Source of the DNA: Pseudomonadota bacterium | GTDB lineage: Archaea; Thermoplasmatota; SW-10-69-26; JACQPN01; JAJPHT01 | NCBI GenBank assembly: GCA_021325135.1 | Contig: JAJPHT010000029.1 | Location: 64,001 to 128,000 of the forward strand | Length of the DNA stretch: 64,000 nt | Reading direction: 5' to 3' | Shown: positions 20,213 through 29,419 of the stretch, piece by piece | Position numbering within the stretch: the first letter of the stretch is position 1 | Layout: the number at the start of each line of letters is the position of its first letter | Made by a program: the position numbers and the translations under genes | The notes under the pieces: generated by a model | The model's input: only the letters and a program-made list of their open reading frames with translations | Databases searched by the model: none | What the model was told of the DNA's origin: nothing

Positions 20213-21167
20213 TATCACCACCCTCGCCAAGCCCGACCAGCCCAAGATGGCGCTCAAGGACGCCTACTCGCAGGCCCTCGTGGAGCTGGGCCGGACGAAC
20301 CCCAGCGTCGTCGTGCTGGACGCGGACCTTGCGCTCTCCACCAAGACGAAGCGCTTCGGCACCATGTACCCGGACCGCTTCTTCGACATGGGCATCGCGG
20401 AATTGAACCTCATGGGCGTCGCCGCGGGCCTCGCCGCCGCGGGCAAGACCGTCTTCGCCAGCACCTTCGCGGCCTTCGCGACGGGGCAGCCCTACAACGT
20501 CATCCGGCAGAGCATCGCCTACGCGAACCTCAACGTGAAGATCGTCGCGACGCACAGCGGCATCTCGGTGGGCGGCGACGGCGCCACGCACCAGATGCTG
20601 GAGGACGTCTCGCTCATGCGCGGCCTGCCCAACATGCGGGTGTTCGTCCCCGCCGACGGCCCGCAGACGGCGGACATCATCCGCCTCATCGCCGAGAGCC
20701 CCGGCCCGTGCTACGTGCGCCTGCCCCGCGGCGACACGGCGATCCTGCCCGGCGTGTACCCCACGGAGCTTGGGAAGGCCATCACCATCCGCGACGGCCG
20801 TGATATCACCCTCATCGGCTGCGGCACCATGGTGTACGAGACGCTGCGCGCGGCGGACGCCCTCATCGCGGAGGGCGTGGACCCGCGCGTGCTGCTCATC
20901 CACACCATGAAGCCCATCGACCGCGACGCGATCCTCAAGGCGGCGCGCGAGACGAAGGGCATCGTCACCGCGGAGGAGCACTCCTTCTACGGCGGGCTGG
21001 GCAGCGCGGTGTGCGAGGTCGTCTCCGAGAGCCACCCGACGCACGTGCGCCGGATCGGCGTGCGCGACACGTTCGGCGAGTCGGGCGAGGAGCGCGACCT
21101 CATGGAGAAGTACGGCCTCACGTGGCGGCACATCGCGGAGGCGGCGCGAGAGGTGCTGAAGGCCTAA
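20205..21167 (+). CDS. Transketolase, C-terminal subunit
   Basis: GIAE, DGATHQ, EEHSFYGGLG motifs; overlaps the upstream gene. Confidence 0.93.
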   Translation: MRDITTLAKPDQPKMALKDAYSQALVELGRTNPSVVVLDADLALSTKTKRFGTMYPDRFFDMGIAELNLMGVAAGLAAAGKTVFASTFAAFATGQPYNVIRQSIAYANLNVKIVATHSGISVGGDGATHQMLEDVSLMRGLPNMRVFVPADGPQTADIIRLIAESPGPCYVRLPRGDTAILPGVYPTELGKAITIRDGRDITLIGCGTMVYETLRAADALIAEGVDPRVLLIHTMKPIDRDAILKAARETKGIVTAEEHSFYGGLGSAVCEVVSESHPTHVRRIGVRDTFGESGEERDLMEKYGLTWRHIAEAAREVLKA

Positions 21168-21170
21168 GAA

Positions 21171-21242
21171 AAATCGTCGGGAGGCCGCGCCGCAGCGCGG
21201 CCAAAATGGGGGGTTTCAGGGGGGCTCGCCCCCCTGACGTCA
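21171..21242. repeat. REP-like two-hairpin repeat, copy A
   Basis: GGCCGCGC-CGCA-GCGCGGCC, AAAATGGGGGGTT, TCAGGGGGGCTCGCCCCCCTGA, CGT; between convergent genes. Confidence 0.85.
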
Positions 21243-21623
21243 TCGTCTCGTCACCAGCAGGTCCACCCGTCCCGCCGCGTCGGGCGTGCCGGAGACCACG
21301 ATCTTCCAGGCGCCCAGGTCCAGCGGCAGGGAGGCGCTGGTGGTCTGGGTGGTGTGGACGACCTCGTCGCCGTGGGCGTTGTAGACCTGCACGGTGGCGC
21401 TGCCGGCGGTGGCGTTGACCCAGACGTAGATGATGACGCCGGCCATGCTGCCGTCTTCGACGAAGAACTGCTGGGATTGGGGCGCGGCGCGGGCGTCCTC
21501 CAGGGGGAAGCCGCTGGCGAAGAGGGGCTTCTTCATGTAGCCGAAGAGGTCGTCGCGGCTCGCCTTGGCGCCGCAGCCGGCCAGGACGACGGCGACGACG
21601 ACGAGGGCGGTCGCCCATCTCAT
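21240..21623 (-). CDS. Small lipoprotein
   Basis: Lipobox VLAGC. Confidence 0.75.
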   Translation of the reverse strand: MRWATALVVVAVVLAGCGAKASRDDLFGYMKKPLFASGFPLEDARAAPQSQQFFVEDGSMAGVIIYVWVNATAGSATVQVYNAHGDEVVHTTQTTSASLPLDLGAWKIVVSGTPDAAGRVDLLVTRR

Positions 21624-21662
21624 GGGGCGGCGGCTCGCCGGAGGCGGCACGGCTTTTTCGGA

Positions 21663-22196
21663 TCAAGGCTCGAACATCGCCGTGTCGTTGCCGCGGGGGA
21701 GGGGGTCGCAGGGCGTGCATCCGGCGATCCAGTTCACGGTGAACGAGAGCGGGCCCGCGGGGAGGCCGTGGGGGGCGGTGAAGCGGACGGCGACGGCGTA
21801 GGTGCGCAGCTTGCCGTCCACCTGGACCGGCGTGACGAGGTCGACGCGCGTGCAGGCGGCGTAGCTGCCGTTGGGGAGGCGCGCGACGTCCACCTGGTTG
21901 ACGCGGCTCACGCGGTCCTGGCGGTCGGTGTCCTGGTACGTCGCGTAGACCCAGAGGAGCGTGGTGGCGTTGATCTTGTGGACGCCGGGGGCGAGGCCGC
22001 CCGCGTCGTTGGCGGCGTCGGCGCGGAAGTCCACCGCGACGGGGACGCTGTCCTGGGGCGGGCACGGGTCGACCCACGAGCCGCCGGGCAAGGGGGGCGG
22101 CACGTAGTGGGCGGCGGGGGTCGTGCCCGTGGGGGGCGCGGGCGCCTGCGTGCAGCCCGCGGCCAGGAGGACGAGAAGCAGGGCCGCCGCGCGCAT
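21663..22196 (-). CDS. Lipoprotein
   Basis: Lipobox LAAGC. Confidence 0.75.
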   Translation of the reverse strand: MRAAALLLVLLAAGCTQAPAPPTGTTPAAHYVPPPLPGGSWVDPCPPQDSVPVAVDFRADAANDAGGLAPGVHKINATTLLWVYATYQDTDRQDRVSRVNQVDVARLPNGSYAACTRVDLVTPVQVDGKLRTYAVAVRFTAPHGLPAGPLSFTVNWIAGCTPCDPLPRGNDTAMFEP

Positions 22197-22212
22197 GCGG
22201 CGGGCAGCCCGC

Positions 22213-22749
22213 TCACGCGCCAAAAAAGGCTCGGATGCCCCACGGGATGAGCGCGAGGAGCGCGGCCACCAGGTGGTTGCGCGCGGCGCTCGCCTTGCGC
22301 GCGCGGCTTCCGCGCCCGCGGCTCCACGCCCACGCGGAGAGGCCGAGCCCCACGAAGAAGAACGACACGAGGCTGGCCAGCCCGTAGAGCGCCCAGTCGG
22401 GGGCGAGGACGCCGAAGACCAGCGCGTCGCGCGAGACGAGCCCCGCGTCCGCCGCCAGGAGGCCGAGCCCAAGCACCAGCGCGCTGGCGCCCGCGACGAG
22501 GATGGCGGGGAGGTCGGTCCCCAGGAGGAGGCCGCCCAGCATCGCGTCGCCGTCGTCGTCCCGCCCCGCGGCGAGGAGGCCCACGAGAAGCCCCGCGGCG
22601 GCCAGCGCCCCGCCCAGGGCGGGGAGCGCCCACCAGAGGGGCTTCCCTGCGATCGTCGGTCCCGAGGGGCGCAGCATCGCCCCTGCTCCAGCCAGCCCAG
22701 CGCCGCACGCGACCAGCGTCGCGGCGCAGGCGCCGATTCGGCGCGCCAT
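22213..22749 (-). CDS. Hypothetical membrane protein
   Basis: About five hydrophobic segments. Confidence 0.6.
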   Translation of the reverse strand: MARRIGACAATLVACGAGLAGAGAMLRPSGPTIAGKPLWWALPALGGALAAAGLLVGLLAAGRDDDGDAMLGGLLLGTDLPAILVAGASALVLGLGLLAADAGLVSRDALVFGVLAPDWALYGLASLVSFFFVGLGLSAWAWSRGRGSRARKASAARNHLVAALLALIPWGIRAFFGA

Positions 22750-22825
22750 GGGCCCCACCCTTTGTCGGGGGAGGGATTTGGAGCTTCCCCACGGGGTTCA
22801 AGGGGGGAGGGCGCGCTCGCCGCGC

Positions 22826-23449
22826 GTGGCGGCCATCCTGGTCTTCCCCCGGGCGAGCCCCGCCCTGGTCCGCGCGCACCTCAGGCCCGGCGCGCGGGTG
22901 GTCGCCATCGACGCCGGCGCCGACGTCCTGCGCGCGGTGGGCGCCGTGCCCGACCTCATCGTGGGGGACCTGGACTCCGTGAGCCCCGAGACGCTGGGCC
23001 ACTATCAGTCCCTGGGCGTCCCCGTGGAGCGCCACCCCTCGGCGAAGCGCGACACCGACGCGGCCCTCGCGCTGCGCCGCGTCGCGGACGAGGAGGAGAT
23101 CGCCTTCCTGGGCCCCGGCGGCGGCCGCCCCGACCACGCGCTGGCGAACCTGCACCTCCTCGCTGCCGCGAGCCTGCGCGCGCGCGTCCGCGCCGTGGAC
23201 GACGACGGCATCACCGAGGTCGTCACCCCCGAGCGCGAGCTCCAGCTGGGCCTCCCCGAGGGCACGCTCCTCTCGGCCATCCCCTTCGACGCCCGCGTGG
23301 AGGGCATCACCTACGACGGCATGCAGTACCCGCTGGTGGAGGCCACCATGGTCGCGGGCGACCCCTACGGCGTCAGCAACCTCACGGGCCCGCCGCCGCA
23401 GCGCATCCGCGTCCGGAAGGGGCGGCTGCTGGTGATGCTCCCCGCTTGA
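22826..23449 (+). CDS. thiN: Thiamine pyrophosphokinase
   Basis: IDAGA, PDLIVGDLDS, KRDTD, GGRPDH, GVSN motifs. Confidence 0.88.
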   Translation: MAAILVFPRASPALVRAHLRPGARVVAIDAGADVLRAVGAVPDLIVGDLDSVSPETLGHYQSLGVPVERHPSAKRDTDAALALRRVADEEEIAFLGPGGGRPDHALANLHLLAAASLRARVRAVDDDGITEVVTPERELQLGLPEGTLLSAIPFDARVEGITYDGMQYPLVEATMVAGDPYGVSNLTGPPPQRIRVRKGRLLVMLPA

Positions 23450-23623
23450 GCCCCCCGTCTCCGTCCAAAAGATAGCAAATCATCGAGGGCCGCGCGCAGA
23501 GGCCGATCGCGGGCGGGCCGGCATCTCTCCGGCGGCGCGCGGGGCGTGCGCGGGCGGCTCGACGTCAACCCCCCGTGGCTCGCGCTGGACCATAACCTTG
23601 CCGAGTCGGCGCCCGGAGCGGGC

Positions 23624-23923
23624 TCAGCCCTTCTTGACCCACCACGCGTCGGCGTGCTCGGCCTCGGCGCGGCTGTCCACGCGCTTGGGCTTCTGCCGGG
23701 TGGGCATGAGCGGCTTGCCGGGGCCCCGCAGGCCCGGCTCCTTGGGCGCCTTGCGCTCCGCCGCGGGCTCGTCTCCCTCCGCGGGCGCGGCGCGGGGCTT
23801 GCGCGGCGGGGGCGCCTCGATGACGGGGCGAAGCTCCGGCGCAGGCGGCGGCACGGCGCTCGCCTTGCAGAGGGGGCAGGAGGTCCGCAGCTTCTTGTGC
23901 TCGCAGAAGACCGTCGCCGCCAT
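23624..23923 (-). CDS. Small basic protein with N-terminal CxH..CxxC zinc motif
   Basis: FCEHKKLRTSCPLCK followed by a Pro/Lys-rich tail ending AWWVKKG. Confidence 0.65.
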   Translation of the reverse strand: MAATVFCEHKKLRTSCPLCKASAVPPPAPELRPVIEAPPPRKPRAAPAEGDEPAAERKAPKEPGLRGPGKPLMPTRQKPKRVDSRAEAEHADAWWVKKG

Positions 23924-24026
23924 GGGAGCCGGGGAGGCGACGCCCCTTCTTGAGGACTTTGGCTGGGCCGTTCCTCCGCCGCGGATCGCGCAGGGGGATT
24001 TTTTCGTCACCCCTCCCGAGGCGGGC

Positions 24027-25556
24027 TCAGGCTTTCGCCTTGGCGGCGGGCGGCGGCAGGATGGGCGCGAGCGCGGTGGCGTTGCCGCGCAGGGCGGGGC
24101 CCTCCTGGAGCGTGCCGGCGAAGCCCACGTCCACGTCGTAGGGCACCGTGGGGTCGGTGACGCACTTCTGCGTGCACACGTCCACGAACGCGGCCCACGG
24201 GCGGCCGTCGCCGTCGATGGCGATGTCGATGAAGTCGGTCATGCCGTGGCAGCGGTCGCCGCACGCGCCGCGGGAGAGCGGGTCCATGGGGTCGTTGGCG
24301 GTGACCGTCTGGATGGTCGCGTTGGGGTTGAGCGCGTCGGTCATGACGCCGATGTAGGCGTTCCACGTGGCGTTCTTCCAGGCGTCGGGCTCGTCGCAGG
24401 GGAGGGCGGGGAGCGCGCCGCAGGTGGGGGCCGGGTTCTTGTAGCCGCCCGGCTGCGTGGTGCCCACGTAGGCGAAGGCCACCTTGCCGGGCGCGCCGGC
24501 CGCGATGGCGTTGAACTTGGTGGCGGTGACGTCGGGCGCGGCGACGCCCACGGCCGTGCTCCACGTCGCGCCGTGGTCCTTGCTGTACGCGTAGAAGGGG
24601 AGCCCCTTGCTCTCCCAGATGGCGTACACGTTGTCGGCCTCGTCCACGGCCACGTCCACGTGGAGGCCCGTGTTGGGCGCGTCCTTGGAGATGCTGACGA
24701 CCTTCCACGACTGCGCGTCGTCCTCGGTGATGGCCACCGAGGCGAGGCCGCCGCAGTCCAGGGGGAGGAAGACGCGGCCCGTGGAGTCGCTCTCCAGGTG
24801 GCCCGTGATGGCGCCGCACGCGTTCATGGCCTCCTTCACGGGGACCTGGGGGAGGAACGAGAGGCCGCCGTCCACGGAGATGGCGCAGCCGGTGAAGGCG
24901 AGGTTGTTCACGCAGCGGTAGACGAGGTTGGGGTAGCCCACGGTGGGCAGCGTGTGGGGCTTCGCGGTGCCCACGGTCTGGTGGTCGTTGACGTTGGGGT
25001 TGCCGCAGGACGCGGGGTCGTGGGTCCACGACGCGCCCTTGTCGTCGGTGTAGGAGAGGAAGCCGCACCCGAGGGGGTAGATGTCGTCCATGAACACGCG
25101 GTCCGTGTCGTGGTCGACGTGCATCATGGGGTCCCAGGAGCGCAGCTTGTAGCTGTCGCCCGTGGGGAGCTTGGGGAACGCGTCCTGCCAGGTCTGCCCC
25201 TTGTCCTTGGAGCGCATGAGCGTGGGGCCCGCCTGGAAGTTGGCGTAGGGCAGGGGCGGGCACCCGGCGGTGGCGCAGGTGGGGTTGGGCACCTCGGCCG
25301 TCATGAAGATGGTCCCGTCCTTGGTCACGCCGATGGTGGGCTCCGCCGAGGCCACGCCCAGGGAGTACTGCCCGCCCACCGCGCGCACGGTGTCCGCGGC
25401 CGCGGGGACGAGGTGGCCCATGGTGTCGTGGAGCACGCCCCCCGTGGGGAGCGCCGCGGAGCCCACGGGCGCCGAGGCGGGGGAGAGGTTGGCGGAGGGC
25501 GCCGCGCAGCCCGAGAGGAGGGCGGCGAGGGCGAGGAGCAGCGGGAGGGCGCGCAT
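24027..25556 (-). CDS. Lipoprotein, BNR/Asp-box (sialidase-like) beta-propeller
   Basis: Lipobox LSGC; SKDKGQTW, TDDKGASW, SVDGGLSF, SKDHGATW. Confidence 0.85.
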   Translation of the reverse strand: MRALPLLLALAALLSGCAAPSANLSPASAPVGSAALPTGGVLHDTMGHLVPAAADTVRAVGGQYSLGVASAEPTIGVTKDGTIFMTAEVPNPTCATAGCPPLPYANFQAGPTLMRSKDKGQTWQDAFPKLPTGDSYKLRSWDPMMHVDHDTDRVFMDDIYPLGCGFLSYTDDKGASWTHDPASCGNPNVNDHQTVGTAKPHTLPTVGYPNLVYRCVNNLAFTGCAISVDGGLSFLPQVPVKEAMNACGAITGHLESDSTGRVFLPLDCGGLASVAITEDDAQSWKVVSISKDAPNTGLHVDVAVDEADNVYAIWESKGLPFYAYSKDHGATWSTAVGVAAPDVTATKFNAIAAGAPGKVAFAYVGTTQPGGYKNPAPTCGALPALPCDEPDAWKNATWNAYIGVMTDALNPNATIQTVTANDPMDPLSRGACGDRCHGMTDFIDIAIDGDGRPWAAFVDVCTQKCVTDPTVPYDVDVGFAGTLQEGPALRGNATALAPILPPPAAKAKA

Positions 25557-25653
25557 GGGCGCGCCAGGCCCCAGGGCGGCTTAGTCGTTTGCGGTCGCGC
25601 CGTTGCCCATCCCGTCGGGAACCTTCAAAGGCGGAGGGCCGGATGCGCGCGCG

Positions 25654-26913
25654 ATGGTCGACGTCATCGTCGTCGGCGCGGGCCCGGGAGGCTCCGCCTG
25701 CGCGAGCTTCCTCGCCCGCGAGGGCCTGCGCGTCCTGCTCGTGGACAAGGCCACCTTCCCCCGCGACAAGCCGTGCGGCGACGCCATCAGCGGCAAGAGC
25801 GCCGCGGTCCTGCGCGAGCTGGGCATCGCGGACGCCGTCGAGGAGCGCCCCCACGCCATCGCCGAGGGCGTCCTCTTCTCGGGCCCCAAGGGGGACCGCG
25901 TGCAGATCCCCTTCCCCAAGGACGTCGACCCCACCGGCATCAGGAACAGCAAGCGGTACAACTACGTCACCGCGGGCTGGGTCGCGCGCCGCCTCGTGTA
26001 CGACGAGATGCTCTTCCGCCACGCGCAGTCGTACAAGACCGTCGAGACCCTGGAGGGCTTCGAGGTCAAGGACCTCCTCTGGGAGGGCGATCGCGTCGTG
26101 GGCGTCAAGGGCGCGGACGGCCGCGAGATCCGCGCGAAGCTCGTCGTGGGGGCCGACGGCGCCATGAGCGTCGTCGCCCAGAAGGTGGGCGCCTTCGAGC
26201 GCGACCACGACCACTGGATCGGCGCCTACCGCGTCTACTACGAGGGCGTCACGGGGATGACCAACGACATCGAGATCCACTTCGTGGAAGGGCTCATCCC
26301 CGGCTACTTCTGGATCTTCCCCCTGGACAACGGCCTGGCGAACGTGGGCAGCGGCATGGTGGAGACCGACCTCCAGGCCGTCGACCGCTCCGGCAAGAAG
26401 AAGGTCCACCTCATCGAGGACACCGAGCGCATCATGCGCGAGCACCCGGCCTTCCGGGAGCGCTTCGCCAAGGCCAAGGAGGTGCCCGGCTCCAAGCGGG
26501 GCTGGCTCCTCCCGGTGGGCAGCAAGCGCCGCCCGCTGGCCGGCGAAGGCTGGATGCTCGTGGGCGACGCCGGCGCGCTCATCGACCCCTTCTCGGGCGA
26601 AGGCATCGGCAACGCCATGGTCAGCGGCCGTCTCGCCGCCGCCACCGCCGCCAAGGCGCTCGCCGCCGGCGACGTCTCCAAGGCGCGCCTCCTGGAGTAC
26701 GAGGCCGCCGTGCGTGCCGAGCTGGACGAGGAGCTCCAGATGAGCTACAAGCTCCAGCGCCTCGGCCGCAGCCGCATGCTCCTCAACTTCGTCCTGCGCC
26801 GCGCCGCGAAGCGCCCCAAGGTCCGCGAGACCATCAGCAGCATGCTGGCCGACCGGGAGAAGAAGGAAGAATTCGGCTCCGTCCTCTTCTACGTGAAGCT
26901 GCTGTTCATGTGA
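25654..26913 (+). CDS. Geranylgeranyl reductase family FAD oxidoreductase
   Basis: GAGPGGS, FPRDKPCGD, GYFWIFP, GDAGALIDPFSGEGI. Confidence 0.9.
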   Translation: MVDVIVVGAGPGGSACASFLAREGLRVLLVDKATFPRDKPCGDAISGKSAAVLRELGIADAVEERPHAIAEGVLFSGPKGDRVQIPFPKDVDPTGIRNSKRYNYVTAGWVARRLVYDEMLFRHAQSYKTVETLEGFEVKDLLWEGDRVVGVKGADGREIRAKLVVGADGAMSVVAQKVGAFERDHDHWIGAYRVYYEGVTGMTNDIEIHFVEGLIPGYFWIFPLDNGLANVGSGMVETDLQAVDRSGKKKVHLIEDTERIMREHPAFRERFAKAKEVPGSKRGWLLPVGSKRRPLAGEGWMLVGDAGALIDPFSGEGIGNAMVSGRLAAATAAKALAAGDVSKARLLEYEAAVRAELDEELQMSYKLQRLGRSRMLLNFVLRRAAKRPKVRETISSMLADREKKEEFGSVLFYVKLLFM

Positions 26914-27025
26914 TCCTTCTTCGGGCGGCCGGCGGCCCGCGCCTCTTCACAATCAATCTCGCATAGCCTCATGTCCGGGAGGGAGATGGATCCGTGCGAG
27001 GCTCTGGAGGCTTCGCAGTGAGACC

Positions 27026-27418
27026 ATGATCCCCTACGCCAAGCCCCTCTTCTCCCCCGTGCACGACGAGCGCGAGTCCGCCGGCTGCTGCTTCTTCTTC
27101 AACAACGCCGGGCAGGGCGTCTACTATTATCCCGGCTCGGGAGGCAGCGGAAACGGCGGGGCCTCGGTGGGGAACAACTCCGCCTCCGTCACCCCGCTGT
27201 GCGGCACGGGGCTGCCCGCGACGCAGCCCCAGACCTTCGGCATCCCCCTGGGCACGACCGGCCTCGTCGCCAACGTGGGGGCTGACGGGAGCGTGACGTT
27301 CGCCCTCGATCCCAACACCTTCGGCGCGAGCGTGGCCGGCACGTCCGTGGGCCCGGGCGGGAACCCGGCGGGCCTGCCGCGCGTCGAGCAGTGCATCAGC
27401 CCCAGCGGCAACTGCTGA
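27026..27418 (+). CDS. Gly/Ser/Asn-rich small protein with YxKP leader-like N-terminus (possible RiPP precursor)
   Basis: MIPYAKPLFSPVHDERESAG-CCFFFNN...ISPSGNC; no signal peptide. Confidence 0.55.
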   Translation: MIPYAKPLFSPVHDERESAGCCFFFNNAGQGVYYYPGSGGSGNGGASVGNNSASVTPLCGTGLPATQPQTFGIPLGTTGLVANVGADGSVTFALDPNTFGASVAGTSVGPGGNPAGLPRVEQCISPSGNC

Positions 27419-27605
27419 TCGCCCCTAACGGATCGAGCGCCATCGCGCATCGGCAGCCGCAAGGCACGACCTTGTTTTTCTCGTGGGGTTCCGGCACAGG
27501 AGAAGCGTGCGCCTGCCGATCGTTTCTCACGGTTTTTCTCCGGAAGCGATTAGCCGGCGCAGCGCGCTTGGGGCGCGCCGGCCTGGGCCGGCAGAAGGCT
27601 TCAGC

Positions 27606-28187
27606 ATGAGCAAGACCTCGATCCTCTTCGCGCTCGGTCTCCTCCTCGCGACGGCGCACGCGCCGCCGGTCCACGCCAACACCAGGTGCCCCGGCGCCAA
27701 CCAGCCGACCCACATCTTCCTGGCCCAGGGCGGCACGCAGTTCAGCGACACGGTGACCATCGTGGACACCAACACCACGGATTGCAACGGCGACAGCAAC
27801 CCGCGCGACTTCGACGGCGACTACGACCTGGGCATCGGCGGCGGCTTCTTCGGCTCGTCCACCCAGTGGGACGTCACGGCCGGCTGCGGCTACGACCTCA
27901 ACGTCCACGCCACGACCGGGCTGGCGGTCTCCACCACGGGCCTCGTCGCGGCCGGCAGCGTCGGCGTCGACGACACCACGGGCCCGACGGTCGTCACCGA
28001 CCCCTCGGGAGCGACCCTCAGCTGCCAGGTGGACGGCACCGTCACGCCCGAGACGGACTCGGACGACTGCCTCGCCCCGTTCGTCGGTGCGTGGGCCGCG
28101 CCCTGCGGCGGCGTGGGCGGCGACGACGGCTACTGGATCTTCGTCCACGCGGAGTCCTCGGCCGGAACGCTGACGGCCGACTTCTGA
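27606..28187 (+). CDS. Secreted Asp/Thr/Gly-rich protein (6 Cys)
   Basis: Signal peptide ending VHA; DFDGDYD Ca-binding-like motif. Confidence 0.75.
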   Translation: MSKTSILFALGLLLATAHAPPVHANTRCPGANQPTHIFLAQGGTQFSDTVTIVDTNTTDCNGDSNPRDFDGDYDLGIGGGFFGSSTQWDVTAGCGYDLNVHATTGLAVSTTGLVAAGSVGVDDTTGPTVVTDPSGATLSCQVDGTVTPETDSDDCLAPFVGAWAAPCGGVGGDDGYWIFVHAESSAGTLTADF

Positions 28188-28296
28188 CCCGCAAGCTTGC
28201 GCTCAGGCGTGCTGCCTTGATACGTCGCGGACGAGTCCGCTCGCCTGCGAGCCTTGTTCCAGAATCGCCAATGCGGGTCCCGCCGAGCCTCGGAGC

Positions 28297-28497
28297 GTGC
28301 TGCGCGCGCTCGCTGCCCTGGTGGGGCTCCTCGTCGTCGTGGGCGTCTATGGCGTCGTGACGGGCGGAGCCCAGGCGCACGCGGCGTCGCACGCGGGACC
28401 GGGCAGCGCGGACTTCGGCTTCGCGCTGGCCGCCGGCGCCGTGGCGCTGGGCGCGACGATCCTCATGAGCCGGCCGCGCTTCCGCTTCAGGCGCTGA
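28297..28497 (+). CDS. Small two-TM membrane protein
   Basis: Two hydrophobic helices and a basic tail. Confidence 0.55.
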   Translation: MLRALAALVGLLVVVGVYGVVTGGAQAHAASHAGPGSADFGFALAAGAVALGATILMSRPRFRFRR

Positions 28498-29419
28498 GCC
28501 TCTTCGCGCGCGCGAGGTCCCACGCCACTCTGCACGGCGAGCCCGGCGCGGGGAAGCTCCCCACGGGGCCGCGCGCGTCGATCTCCTGGCCGCTCGCGAG
28601 CCTCACGCGCGCCTCCTCGTGGAACCCCGCGAAGCGCCGCGCGACCACGCGGGCGTCCCCCTGGGGATCGGCCTCGACGCGCACGGCGTCGGGCGGCACG
28701 AGCCACCCGTCGACGACGTTGGCGGCGCCCAGGAAGCGCGCGGTGAAGGCCGTGCGCGGCCCGCGGAACAGGGCGCGCGGCTCGCCCTCCTCCACGACCG
28801 CGCCCTCGCGCATGAGGACCAGCCGGTCCGCCAGGGCGAGGGCCTCGTCGCGGTCGTGGGTGACGAGCACGCTGGTGAGCCCCGCCTCGTCGTGGATGCG
28901 CCGCAGCGCCTCGCGCAGGTCCTCGCGCAGCGCGCGGTCCAGGCTCGCGAGGGGCTCGTCGTAGAGAACCACCGCCGGGCGCGGCGCCAGCGCGCGGGCC
29001 AGCGCGACGCGCTGCCGCTCGCCGCCGGAGAGGCGCGCGACGCGGCGCTTGCCGAACCCTTCGAGCCCCACGAGGCGCAGGAGCTCCTCGACGCGCTCGC
29101 GCGCAGGCTCGCCGCGCACACGCAGGCCGAAGGCGACGTTGGCCGCGACGTCCAGGTGCGGGAAGAGGGCGCCCTCCTGGAAGACGAGCCCCACGCCGCG
29201 CGCCTCGGCGGGGGCCTCCGTGACGTCGCGCCCGTTGAGCAGGATGCGCCCGGCGTCGGGGCGCTCCAGGCCGGCGACGAGGCGCAGGAGCGTGGACTTG
29301 CCCGATCCGCTGGGGCCCAGGAGCACCGTGAAGCTGCGATCGGGGAGGGAGAGCGTCGTGGGCTGGAGCGCGAAGTCGTCGTAGGTCCGCGCGACGCCTT
29401 GCAGGTCGATGCGCGCCAT
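28487..29419 (-). CDS. thiQ: ABC transporter ATP-binding subunit (thiamine uptake, ThiQ-like)
   Basis: GPSGSGKS, LSGGERQRVALAR, DEP; same operon as thiB/thiP. Confidence 0.85.
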   Translation of the reverse strand: MARIDLQGVARTYDDFALQPTTLSLPDRSFTVLLGPSGSGKSTLLRLVAGLERPDAGRILLNGRDVTEAPAEARGVGLVFQEGALFPHLDVAANVAFGLRVRGEPARERVEELLRLVGLEGFGKRRVARLSGGERQRVALARALAPRPAVVLYDEPLASLDRALREDLREALRRIHDEAGLTSVLVTHDRDEALALADRLVLMREGAVVEEGEPRALFRGPRTAFTARFLGAANVVDGWLVPPDAVRVEADPQGDARVVARRFAGFHEEARVRLASGQEIDARGPVGSFPAPGSPCRVAWDLARAKRLSA

